From: Chthoniobacteraceae bacterium
GTDB lineage: Bacteria; Verrucomicrobiota; Verrucomicrobiia; Chthoniobacterales; Chthoniobacteraceae
Length of the DNA stretch: 15,127 bases
Assembly (NCBI GenBank): GCA_031409335.1
Contig: JANNWY010000022.1
Span: 1-15,127, forward strand
Direction of reading: 5' to 3'
Shown here in pieces: positions 1 to 8,660 of the stretch (positions within the stretch are counted from its first letter, which is position 1; every line of letters starts with the position of its first letter). Position numbers and translations under genes: made by a program. A model generated the notes under the pieces. It ran no database searches and was not told where the DNA came from. It saw only the letters and a list, made by a program, of their open reading frames with translations.

Positions 1-767
1 ACAAGCCGCTTTTTCTCTACGTGGCCCCCAATGCGGTCCACACGCCGTGGCTGTCGCCGGATGACTACAAGAAAGCTTACGGCCACCTTTCCAAACGCCG
101 AATGGAACTGGCCGGTATGACCTCCGCCCTGGACGAAGGTATCGGGAGAATTATCGCCGCGCTGACGGAAAAGGGGATGATGACCAACACGCTCATTATT
201 TACTCCACTGACAACGGGGGGCCGAGCTGGGACGACGTTGCAAGCAATGGCTCTCTTCGTGGCGGCAAGTCTGACATTTACGAAGGCGGGTTTCGCATCG
301 GAGCCTTCGCCGTCTGGCCGGGAAAAATTCCCGCTGGCATTCGTATCAAAGAGCCGTTGCACGTCGTGGATTGGTTTCCCACGCTTTGCAAGCTTGCTGG
401 CGCATCGGTCGCTCAACCACTCCCGATTGATGGCTCGGATATCTGGCCCGTCTTAAGCCAAGGAGCAAAATCGCCTCACGAGGATATTCTTCTGGTGGGT
501 TCACGCGCCGGGCAATCAGCCATTCGGATGGGAGATTGGAAGCTGTTGGTTAATCCGATGGAGTTTAAGCGCGAAGTGCAGTGCAGTCCGGTGGAACTCT
601 ACAACTTGTCCGAAGATATCGGCGAGAAGACCAACCTGGCCGACGCACAACCCGAGCGGGTGAAGCAGATGCGCGCGCGGCTGGATGCGCTGCTCGCCAG
701 CCCAGCCAACCCCGATTACCTGCAACCGAAAAAGAGGAAGGCCAGGCAAGCGACATCCCCAGAGTGA
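1..767 (+). CDS. S1: sulfatase (arylsulfatase B-like), C-terminal half; 5' truncated by the window edge
   Basis: The frame is open from base 3 (KPLFLYVAPNAVHTP), so the GTG at 21 is internal. It has the sulfatase motifs NTLIIYSTDNGG, LRGGKSDIYEGGFR, HVVDWFPTL, GDWKL and ELYNLSEDIGEKTNLA. It is a clear paralogue of S4. Confidence 0.95.
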   Translation, partial: KPLFLYVAPNAVHTPWLSPDDYKKAYGHLSKRRMELAGMTSALDEGIGRIIAALTEKGMMTNTLIIYSTDNGGPSWDDVASNGSLRGGKSDIYEGGFRIGAFAVWPGKIPAGIRIKEPLHVVDWFPTLCKLAGASVAQPLPIDGSDIWPVLSQGAKSPHEDILLVGSRAGQSAIRMGDWKLLVNPMEFKREVQCSPVELYNLSEDIGEKTNLADAQPERVKQMRARLDALLASPANPDYLQPKKRKARQATSPE

Positions 768-792
768 CAATACCTCAGACTGACTTTGCCAA

Positions 793-2313
793 ATGATGAA
801 ACTTCAGCCTCTACTCCTCCAACGCTTGCTGGTGACTGCCTTGGGCTTGTCCTGGCTGGCCGCTTTTGACGCCACCGGTTTGGCGGCGACCGGCAACCGA
901 CCCAACATCGTCTATATCCTCGCCGATGATCTCGGCTATGGCGATGTGCATTGCCTCAATCCGGAGCGTGGCAAAATCGCCACTCCGCAGCTCGATAAGA
1001 TGGCGAGTCAGGGGATGATTTTCACGGACGCGCATGGCAGTTCGTCCGTCTGCTCGCCGACGCGCTATGGCATCCTCACCGGCCGCTACAACTGGCGGTC
1101 GCGACTCCAACGTGGCGTGCTCGATGGCTACGTGGAACCGCTCATCGCGGCAGACCGACTCACAGTGCCCGCGCTGCTCAAGCGGAACGGCTATCACACA
1201 GCGATCATCGGCAAGTGGCACCTCGGCTACACCATCGAAGGCGAAGGCAAGTCTGGCGGCGGAAAGGGAAAGCTCGAAGGCGCACCGATGGGCGCAATCA
1301 CTCACGACGGCCCGCTCACCCGCGGCTTTGATGAGTTCTTCGGATTCCATCACGCACGCATGATGAAGTCGGTTTTTGAAAATGATCGCGTCACCCAAAG
1401 CATCGAGCCCGTGGACATCCTCCCGGCGCTGGTGAAGCGCAGCACCGCGCACATCGCTGAGCGCGGCAAAGCGGGGCAGCCGTTCTTTCTCTACGTGCCG
1501 TTGAACTCGCCACACACACCGATTGTTCCGTCGAAAGAATGGCAGGGCAAAAGCGGACTCGGCGACTACGGCGATTTCGTGATGGAGACCGATTGGGCGG
1601 TGGGCGAAATCCTCGCCGCCATCGACAAAGCAGGCATCGCAAACAACACGCTCGTCATCTTCACCAGTGACAACGGCTGCTCCAAGGCCGCCGGGATTTC
1701 CAAATTGGAGAAACAAGGCCACTACCCGAGCGCCGACCTCCGCGGGTCCAAGGCCGACATTTGGGAAGGCGGACATCGCATGCCTTACCTCGTGCGCTGG
1801 CCGGGAAAAGTGAAAGCGGGCTCCCGGAGTTCACAGCTCATCTGCCACAACGACCTCATGGCGACGTGCGCCGAGCTCGTCGGCGGGAAATTGCCGGACA
1901 ACGCCGGCGAAGACAGCGTGAGCATCCTCCCCGCGCTACTCGGCACCGACAAAGCGCCGCTGCGTGAAGCCATCGTTCATCATTCCATCAACGGCTCGTT
2001 TTCCATCCGCCAGGGAAACATGAAGCTGGAACTCTGCGCCGACTCCGGCGGCTGGACCGCGCCGACGCCCGGCAGCAAGGAATCCAAATCTCTCCCGCCC
2101 ACTCAACTCTACGACCTCGGCACCGATGTCGCAGAATCGAAAAACCTCCAAGCCGAGCAGCCCGAAGAAGTCGCGCGTTTATCAAAGCTCCTCGATCAAT
2201 ACATCGCCAACGGCCGCAGCACGCCCGGCGCGAAGCAGGCCAACGACGCGGAGATTCAGATCCGCATGAGCGCCGGTGAGCCACGCAAAGCACGTAAGGC
2301 CGCCAAGAAGTAG
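793..2313 (+). CDS. S2: secreted Cys-type sulfatase (arylsulfatase A-like)
   Basis: Hydrophobic signal peptide, RPNIVYILADDLGYGD, catalytic CSPTRYGILTG, GKWHLG, SDNG, RGSKADIWEGGHR. The start could be 793 or 796 (ATG ATG). Confidence 0.96.
   Translation: MMKLQPLLLQRLLVTALGLSWLAAFDATGLAATGNRPNIVYILADDLGYGDVHCLNPERGKIATPQLDKMASQGMIFTDAHGSSSVCSPTRYGILTGRYNWRSRLQRGVLDGYVEPLIAADRLTVPALLKRNGYHTAIIGKWHLGYTIEGEGKSGGGKGKLEGAPMGAITHDGPLTRGFDEFFGFHHARMMKSVFENDRVTQSIEPVDILPALVKRSTAHIAERGKAGQPFFLYVPLNSPHTPIVPSKEWQGKSGLGDYGDFVMETDWAVGEILAAIDKAGIANNTLVIFTSDNGCSKAAGISKLEKQGHYPSADLRGSKADIWEGGHRMPYLVRWPGKVKAGSRSSQLICHNDLMATCAELVGGKLPDNAGEDSVSILPALLGTDKAPLREAIVHHSINGSFSIRQGNMKLELCADSGGWTAPTPGSKESKSLPPTQLYDLGTDVAESKNLQAEQPEEVARLSKLLDQYIANGRSTPGAKQANDAEIQIRMSAGEPRKARKAAKK
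901..2256 (+). repeat. Long diverged direct repeat: S2 coding sequence versus S5 (about 5676-7046)
   Basis: Shared nucleotide tracts include cccaacatcgtctatat (901 and 5676), ccgtcgaaagaatggcagggcaa, cattccatcaacggctcgtt and caatacatcgccaacgg. Most differences are at third codon positions, except in one divergent internal block. Confidence 0.9.
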
Positions 2314-2331
2314 TCCAAACCAACCCATTTT

Positions 2332-3978
2332 ATGAAACCAGCCATCTCACTCATCACAGCATTGCTGTTGTCATCCCTGGCCGCGCTACACGCCGCCAAG
2401 CCCAACATCTTGCACATCCACGCCGACGACCATCGGCCCGATGGTGCTCGTGCGCTCGGCAATCCCTTGCTCATCACGCCGCATCTCGACTCCCTCGTCG
2501 AGCGCGGCATGACCTTCACGCGCTGCTACACTCAGGGTTCCATGAACGGAGCCGTCTGTGCTCCGAGTCGTGCGATGCTGCTCACCGGCCGCTCTTGGCG
2601 GCGCATCCCCACAGACCCCGCCGCCACCGCGAACTCCAAAGATCCCAACACATTTCTTCCCCGTGTCATGCAGGCAGCAGGCTATCAAACTTGGCACACC
2701 GGCAAGGCCGGCGAGATCAACGCCTTCGGCATCGGGCTCAAGCATTTCGAGAAGCATATCCCGGACGAAGGAAAAGGGAAAGCGCCGGAGCAAAGCCGCG
2801 CCAACTGCTCCAAGCGCCATGCCGACCGCATGCTCGATTTCCTCAAAACCCGCAGCACCAGCAACGAAGCCCGCCCTTTCTACGCCTACATCGCCCCACC
2901 CGTTCCGCATGATCCCCGCTCCGCCGAACCGCAGTTTCATGCGCTCTACGACGCCGCCAAGGTCACGCTGTCGCCCGCCTTCATGCCTCTTCATCCATTC
3001 GACAACGGCGATATGGCCGTGCGTGATGAAAAGCTCGCGCCGTGGCCGCGCACGCCGGAAAACACCAAGCAACAACTCGCCGACTACTACGCCTGCATCA
3101 CCGGTTTCGACCACCACATCGGTCGCATCTTCGAGCAGCTCAAAGCCAGCGGTCAGTGGGAGAACACCATCATCATCTTCAGCGCCGACAACGGCCTCTC
3201 AATGGGCGAGCACGGCTTGTTCGGAAAACAAAACCTCTACGAGTTCGGTGGCATGCACGTGCCGCTCGTCATTGCCGGTCCAGGCATCCCCAAGGGAAAG
3301 AGCGAGGCGTTTGTCTATCTGATGGATCTTTTCCCGACCTTCGCCGAGTTCGGCGGCGCAAAGATTCCCGAAGGTGTCGAAGGCAAGAGCATCGTCCCGA
3401 TTCTAAATGGCAAGCAGCCGAAAGTCCGCGACGTGCTCTACACCGCCTACAAGGAGTGTCAGCGCGCCATTCGCGATGATCGTTGGAAACTCATCCGCTA
3501 CCCGCTCGTGAATCGCACGCAGCTCTTTGACCTCAGCAATGATCCGCTTGAGCTGACCAACCTCGCCGACAAGCCCGAGCACGGAGCCAAGGTCACCGAG
3601 TTGATGGCGCTGCTGCAAAAGGAAATGACCGCCTATGCCGACCCGACCCCGCTGACCGTCGCCAATCCCAAACCCGCCGAATGGACACCACCCGCACGTG
3701 GCAGCGAACCGGCCAAGAAAGACAGGAAGAAGCCCGCAGCGGTAGAGAAACCCGACGCAGCACCCGCAGCCGCCACACAACCTGGCGGGAGAATCCGAGC
3801 CGATAGCGGGAAACACTTCACGAATTGGGACACCAACCAAGACGACTTCGTGACGCTCGAGGAGTATCAGCTCGGCCTAAAGAACCGCAAAGGCCTCGAA
3901 GCAGGCTTCAAAGCCTACGACAAGAACGCCGACGGCAAACTGAGCCGCGAGGAGTATGTCGATCCTCGGGCAAAGTAG
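2332..3978 (+). CDS. S3: secreted Cys-type sulfatase (choline-sulfatase-like group) with a C-terminal double EF-hand module
   Basis: Signal peptide, KPNILHIHADD, CAPSRAMLLTG, PHDP, ADNG and GEHGLFGKQNLYE. An Ala/Pro linker leads to two Ca-binding-type loops, DTNQDDFVTLEE and DKNADGKLSREE. Confidence 0.95.
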   Translation: MKPAISLITALLLSSLAALHAAKPNILHIHADDHRPDGARALGNPLLITPHLDSLVERGMTFTRCYTQGSMNGAVCAPSRAMLLTGRSWRRIPTDPAATANSKDPNTFLPRVMQAAGYQTWHTGKAGEINAFGIGLKHFEKHIPDEGKGKAPEQSRANCSKRHADRMLDFLKTRSTSNEARPFYAYIAPPVPHDPRSAEPQFHALYDAAKVTLSPAFMPLHPFDNGDMAVRDEKLAPWPRTPENTKQQLADYYACITGFDHHIGRIFEQLKASGQWENTIIIFSADNGLSMGEHGLFGKQNLYEFGGMHVPLVIAGPGIPKGKSEAFVYLMDLFPTFAEFGGAKIPEGVEGKSIVPILNGKQPKVRDVLYTAYKECQRAIRDDRWKLIRYPLVNRTQLFDLSNDPLELTNLADKPEHGAKVTELMALLQKEMTAYADPTPLTVANPKPAEWTPPARGSEPAKKDRKKPAAVEKPDAAPAAATQPGGRIRADSGKHFTNWDTNQDDFVTLEEYQLGLKNRKGLEAGFKAYDKNADGKLSREEYVDPRAK

Positions 3979-4019
3979 TTTGGATCAAGACCCAACTCCG
4001 TCGAATGATTCGCACCTTT

Positions 4020-5332
4020 ATGAAATACAAACTCCTTCTCGCTTTCGCATCGCTGACTCCGATCGGCGGGCTCGTCGCTGCTGAACCCTCAAAGCCAAAC
4101 ATCATCTACTTTTTGGTGGACGACTTGGGTTACGCCGATTGCGGTTCAATGGCGGCACGGACAACCTTACGCCAAACATCGACAGGCTCGCGAAGCAAGG
4201 CGCGGTGCTGAAATCCTTCTACGTGCAGCCGCTCTGCTCGCCGACGCGCGTCGCGCTTTTATCCGGCCGCTATCCCACGCACACCGGGGTGTATAGTGTC
4301 ATTACGCCGGGCGCGACTTGGGGACTTCCTCTCGACGAGCGCACATTGCCGCAGGCCTTGGCCGACGCGGGCTACACGACAGCCATCACGGGCAAGTGGC
4401 ACCTCGGCGAGTTCCGCGCTGAATACCGCCCGAGCCAGCGCGGGTTTCAGCATCAGTATGGTCACATGATGGGAAATATCGATTACTTCACCCACCTCCG
4501 CGACGGAAAGCTGGACTGGTATCGCAACGACAAACCGCTGGAAGAAGAAGGCTACAGCACACGCTTGATCGCCAAGGAAGCCAGCCGCCTCATCCGCGAG
4601 CAACCCGCCGACAAGCCGCTGTTTCTCTACGTGCCATTCAACGGCATCCACTCGCCGCACCAAGTGCTGGCGAGCGATGCCAAGCCGTATGAGAAACTTC
4701 CGAAGGTCCGCGGCACGATTGCCGGGATGCTCGCCGTCGTGGACGAAGCCATCGGACAAGTCACCACGGCCCTCGACGAAAAAGGAATTCGCGACAACAC
4801 GCTCATCATTTTCTCCAGCGACAACGGCGGCCCGCAGCCCGGCAAGGCGACGATGAACACGCCGCTGCGTGGTGAAAAAGGCAGTATCAATGAAGGCGGC
4901 GTCCGCGTCGCAGCATTCGCCACCTGGCCGGGGAAAATCCCCGCCGGAGCGACCATCGACGAGCCCATGCACGTCGTGGACTGGTATCCCACATTGCTGA
5001 AACTCACAGGCGCGCCGACCGAACAGAAGCACACCCCCGACGGCCTCGACATCTGGCCCGTCCTCACGAAAAGCGCAAAATCCCCGCACGATGCAATTTT
5101 GCTGCACGGCACAAACGTAAATGTGAAAGCGCTCCGCATGGGCGACTGGAAACTCCACCTCCCCGCCTCCGGGAAAATGGCACTCTACAACCTCGCCAAA
5201 GACATCTCCGAAAAGCACGACCTCGCCGCCACCGAGCCCGATCGAGTGAAGGAAATGCGCACCCGCCTCGACGAACTCACCAAAGACGCCAAACCCCTCG
5301 GCGGCCCAATAACCGGCGGGGACAAGGAATAG
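4020..5332 (+). pseudogene. S4: secreted Cys-type sulfatase (arylsulfatase B-like), split by a 1-nt deletion at about 4144-4146 (real frameshift or sequencing error)
   Basis: ATG at 4020 gives MKYKLLLAFASLTPIGGLVAAEPSKPNIIYFLVDDLGYADCG. The continuation FNGGTDNLTPNIDRLA...CSPTRVALLSG...GKWHLG is in the frame of ORF 4139-5332. Adding one base to 'tgcggttcaat' (tgc ggt ttc aat) restores a full gene. Confidence 0.88.
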
Positions 5333-5412
5333 ACACCGCCTAGCCGTTGGAACCAGTTTGCTTCTCGGCGCCGCCCTCGAATCGTGAACCGTCGGTGGGC
5401 GACGTGAGAAAA

Positions 5413-5477
5413 GTAGCGTCGGCTTTTGCCGAATCGGTTGCGCAAGGATGAGGAATGGAGCGCGGAAATCCTGTCCG
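5413..5477 (+). repeat. Two REP-like short palindromes, each G(T/G)AG-CG followed by a hairpin, in the S4-S5 intergenic region
   Basis: 5413-5432 reads GTAG CG TCGGC TTTT GCCGA. 5457-5477 reads GGAG CG CGGA AATCCTG TCCG. A GTAG/GGAG foot followed by a short palindrome is the architecture of REP elements. Copy number cannot be checked here. Confidence 0.35.
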
Positions 5478-5579
5478 GAATCCCAGTTTCGCGCTGTTGC
5501 CTCGGGCGTGGTTTCTTTTCCTCGAAACAGCAAAGCTCGCCCGCGTCCGCTTGTTCGCACCTGTCTGAAATACAACGTT

Positions 5580-7091
5580 ATGAAATCATTCCTCTTCGTC
5601 CTGCTCTCCGGGTTTTCGCTGATTGCCTCAGCGTTTGCCGCTGACGCGACGCCAAAAGAAACCGACAAGACCAAGCCCAACATCGTCTATATTCTCTGCG
5701 ATGACCTCGGCTATGGCGACGTGCATTGCCTCAATCCCGAGCGCGGCAAGATCGCCACGCCGCAACTCGACAAGCTGGCTGCACAGGGGATGATCTTCGC
5801 GGACGCACACACGAGTTCGTCGGCCTGCTCCCCGACGCGCTACGGCATCCTGACCGGGCGCTACAACTGGCGCACGCAGTTGCAGTCGGGTGTGCTCAAT
5901 GGATACAGCGAGCCCTTGATCGCGGCGGAGCGGCTGACTGTGCCGAAGCTTTTGAAACAGCACGGTTACTCGACCGGGATGATCGGTAAATGGCATCTCG
6001 GGATGGGGATTCCGAAGAACGAGCCGTCGCCCGTCATCCCCGCCGGGCCGACCACGCGCGGCTTCGACTACTATTTCGGAATCAGCGCGTCGCTCGACAT
6101 GCCGCCGTTTGCTTACATCGAAAACGACCGTTTCACCGAGCCGCTCACCACCACGAAAAAGTGGCAGCGCACCGGAGCCGCGGCAGCGAGTTTTGAAGCA
6201 GTGGATGTGTTGCCCGCTTTCACACGCAAGGCCACGGAGCTGATCGCCGCGCAGGCGAAGACGGGGAAGCCGTTCTTTCTCTACATGCCGCTCAACGCGC
6301 CGCACACGCCCATCGTCCCGTCGAAAGAATGGCAGGGCAAGAGCACGCTCGGCAGATACGGCGACTTCGTGATGGAGACGGATTGGGCCGTGGGCGAAGT
6401 CATGGCCGCATTAGAAAAAGCCGGAGTCGCCAGCAACACCCTGCTCATTCTCACCAGCGACAACGGATGCTCGAAGGCCGCGGGCATTCCCGCACTCCAG
6501 GCGCTCGGACACTTTCCCAGCGCCGACATGCGCGGGTCAAAGGCGGACATCTTTGATGGCGGGCACCGCGTTCCCTTCCTCGTGCGCTGGCCAGACCGGA
6601 TCAAGCCCGGCAACCGCAGCGAGCAGACCGTCTGCCTCACCGACCTCATGGCAACTTGCGCGGACATCCTCGGCGCGAAATTGCCCGACAACGCCGGCGA
6701 GGACAGCGTGAGCATTCTTCCCGCGATGCTCGGCACGGCGAAGGAGCCGCTGCGCGAAGCCGTGGTGCATCATTCCATCAACGGCTCGTTCGCCATCCGG
6801 CAAGGCGATTGGAAACTCGAACTCTGCGCGGACTCCGGCGGCTGGAGCGCTCCCACGCCCGGCAGCAAAGAGGCGCAAACACTGCCCGACACGCAGCTCT
6901 ACAATCTGAGCACCGACCTTGCCGAAGCGAAGAACGTGCATACCGACAACCCCGAAGTCGTCGCGCGGATGACCAAGCTGCTCGACCAATACATCGCCAA
7001 CGGACGCAGCACGCCTGGCGCGAAGCAGGCGAACGATGCGGAGATTCGGACCCGCAAAAACAGAGCCAAACGCAAAGCCGACGTAGAATAA
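5580..7091 (+). CDS. S5: secreted Cys-type sulfatase (arylsulfatase A-like), close paralogue of S2
   Basis: The start is placed at ATG 5580 (MKSFLFVLLSGFSLIASAFA signal peptide) rather than 5448. Motifs are KPNIVYILCDDLGYGD, CSPTRYGILTG, GKWHLG and SDNG. Long stretches are nearly identical to S2. Confidence 0.95.
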   Translation: MKSFLFVLLSGFSLIASAFAADATPKETDKTKPNIVYILCDDLGYGDVHCLNPERGKIATPQLDKLAAQGMIFADAHTSSSACSPTRYGILTGRYNWRTQLQSGVLNGYSEPLIAAERLTVPKLLKQHGYSTGMIGKWHLGMGIPKNEPSPVIPAGPTTRGFDYYFGISASLDMPPFAYIENDRFTEPLTTTKKWQRTGAAAASFEAVDVLPAFTRKATELIAAQAKTGKPFFLYMPLNAPHTPIVPSKEWQGKSTLGRYGDFVMETDWAVGEVMAALEKAGVASNTLLILTSDNGCSKAAGIPALQALGHFPSADMRGSKADIFDGGHRVPFLVRWPDRIKPGNRSEQTVCLTDLMATCADILGAKLPDNAGEDSVSILPAMLGTAKEPLREAVVHHSINGSFAIRQGDWKLELCADSGGWSAPTPGSKEAQTLPDTQLYNLSTDLAEAKNVHTDNPEVVARMTKLLDQYIANGRSTPGAKQANDAEIRTRKNRAKRKADVE

Positions 7092-7097
7092 CCATTT

Positions 7098-8651
7098 ATG
7101 AAACACAGCATCGCACTCTTCATCCTACTGTGTGTCTCCGCGCTTTTCGGCGAGACTCATGCAGCCGGGCCGACCAAACCCAACATCATTCTCGTGATGC
7201 CCGACGACGTGGGCTACGGCGATTACGCGTGCCTTGGGAATCCGATCATGCGCACGCCTTCGGTGGATGCGTTTAAAAAGGAGAGTCTGCTGTTTACGCA
7301 GTTCCACGTGAGCCCGACTTGCGCGCCGACCCGCTCGGCTTTGTTGAGCGGACGGCATGAATTCAAAAATGGAGTCACGCACACGATTCTCGAGCGGGAG
7401 CGGATGACTTTGAAGACCTTCACTCTGCCGCAGATGCTCAAAATTGCGGGTTACACGTCGGGCATTTTTGGTAAATGGCATCTCGGCGACGAAGCGCCGT
7501 ATCGCCCGGAGAGTCGTGGTTTCGACGAAGTGTATATCCACGGCGGCGGCGGGATCGGACAGACTTATCCCGGCTCGTGCGGCGATGCTCCCGACAATAC
7601 GAACATCAATCCCACGCTCTGGCACAACGGAACTTTCGAAAAGACCACGGGCTATTGCACCGACCTTTTCTTCGCACAGGCCCTGAAGTGGATCGATGCG
7701 AAGCGCGAGGCGAAGCAGCCGTTCTTTGCATACATCCCGCTCAATGCCGCGCACGGTCCGCACGTTGTGCCGAAGGAGTATTACGAGCACTATCTCGGCA
7801 AGCCCGGTGTGAATGAGGACACGGCGAAGTTCCTCGGAATGTTGGAGAACGTGGACACGAATTTCGGCAAGCTGCTCGGGAAGCTGAAGGAATGGGGCAT
7901 CGCGGACAACACGCTGGTCATCTACCTTGGTTCCGACAATGGCGGCACGGCGGGCAAAAGCATTTTCAACGCCGGCATGAAGAGTGGGAAAGGCACGACT
8001 TATCAGGGCGGCACGCGTGTTCCGTGTTTCTTCCGCTGGCCTGCAGGCGGCATTCCCGCTGGTGCGGAGTGCGATGCGCTGAGCGCACATCTCGATCTCT
8101 TCCCCACGCTCGCGGAGGTCACTGGCGCGACACTTTCCGCCGAAGCGAAGCAACAAGTCGAAGGCCGCAGCTTTCTTCCGCTCTTGAAAAACCCCAAGGC
8201 CGAGTGGGCGGACCGCACGCTCGTGCATCACGTCGGACGCTGGGGAAAAGGCAAAGCGGAGGCTTCCAAGTTCAACAAGTGCGCGATCCAAAACGCACAG
8301 TTCACACTCGTGAACAACGCGGAACTTTACGACATCAAAGCCGATCCCGGTGAAACGAAAAACGTCATCGCCGAGCATCCCGAAGTCGCCGCGAAACTCC
8401 GCGCCGCGTACGAACAATGGTGGAAGGATGTGCAACCGCTGCTCGTGAACGAAAACGCGACAAACATCCCGAGCATCAATCCATTCCAGGAGCTCTACTA
8501 CAAACAGTTCGGCGGCAGCCCCACGCCCGCAGACCTCAAGCGCATGAACCCGTCAAAGGGAGACGCCGGAGAGGATGAAGAGAAGCCCCGGCGGCCTAGG
8601 AGAAAAGCAAATGAGAAGGGCGCCGAAGCCGCTCCGGCGGCAGCGAATTGA
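7098..8651 (+). CDS. S6: secreted Cys-type arylsulfatase-family protein
   Basis: Signal peptide, KPNIILVMPDDVGYGD, CAPTRSALLSG, GKWHLG, HGGGGIGQ, SDNGG, YQGGTRVP and ELYDIKADPGE. Confidence 0.96.
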   Translation: MKHSIALFILLCVSALFGETHAAGPTKPNIILVMPDDVGYGDYACLGNPIMRTPSVDAFKKESLLFTQFHVSPTCAPTRSALLSGRHEFKNGVTHTILERERMTLKTFTLPQMLKIAGYTSGIFGKWHLGDEAPYRPESRGFDEVYIHGGGGIGQTYPGSCGDAPDNTNINPTLWHNGTFEKTTGYCTDLFFAQALKWIDAKREAKQPFFAYIPLNAAHGPHVVPKEYYEHYLGKPGVNEDTAKFLGMLENVDTNFGKLLGKLKEWGIADNTLVIYLGSDNGGTAGKSIFNAGMKSGKGTTYQGGTRVPCFFRWPAGGIPAGAECDALSAHLDLFPTLAEVTGATLSAEAKQQVEGRSFLPLLKNPKAEWADRTLVHHVGRWGKGKAEASKFNKCAIQNAQFTLVNNAELYDIKADPGETKNVIAEHPEVAAKLRAAYEQWWKDVQPLLVNENATNIPSINPFQELYYKQFGGSPTPADLKRMNPSKGDAGEDEEKPRRPRRKANEKGAEAAPAAAN

Positions 8652-8660
8652 TTGGGAACC

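Noticed and set aside
3825..4211. 128-aa ORF as an independent gene
   Set aside because: Only 4020 to about 4145 is meaningful (the S4 N-terminus). The rest is out-of-frame overlap with S3 and post-frameshift read-through.
5448..5579. 44-aa N-terminal extension of S5 in the ORF track
   Set aside because: It overlaps the hairpin-containing intergenic region. A typical signal peptide and the shared ATG AAA start context begin at 5580.
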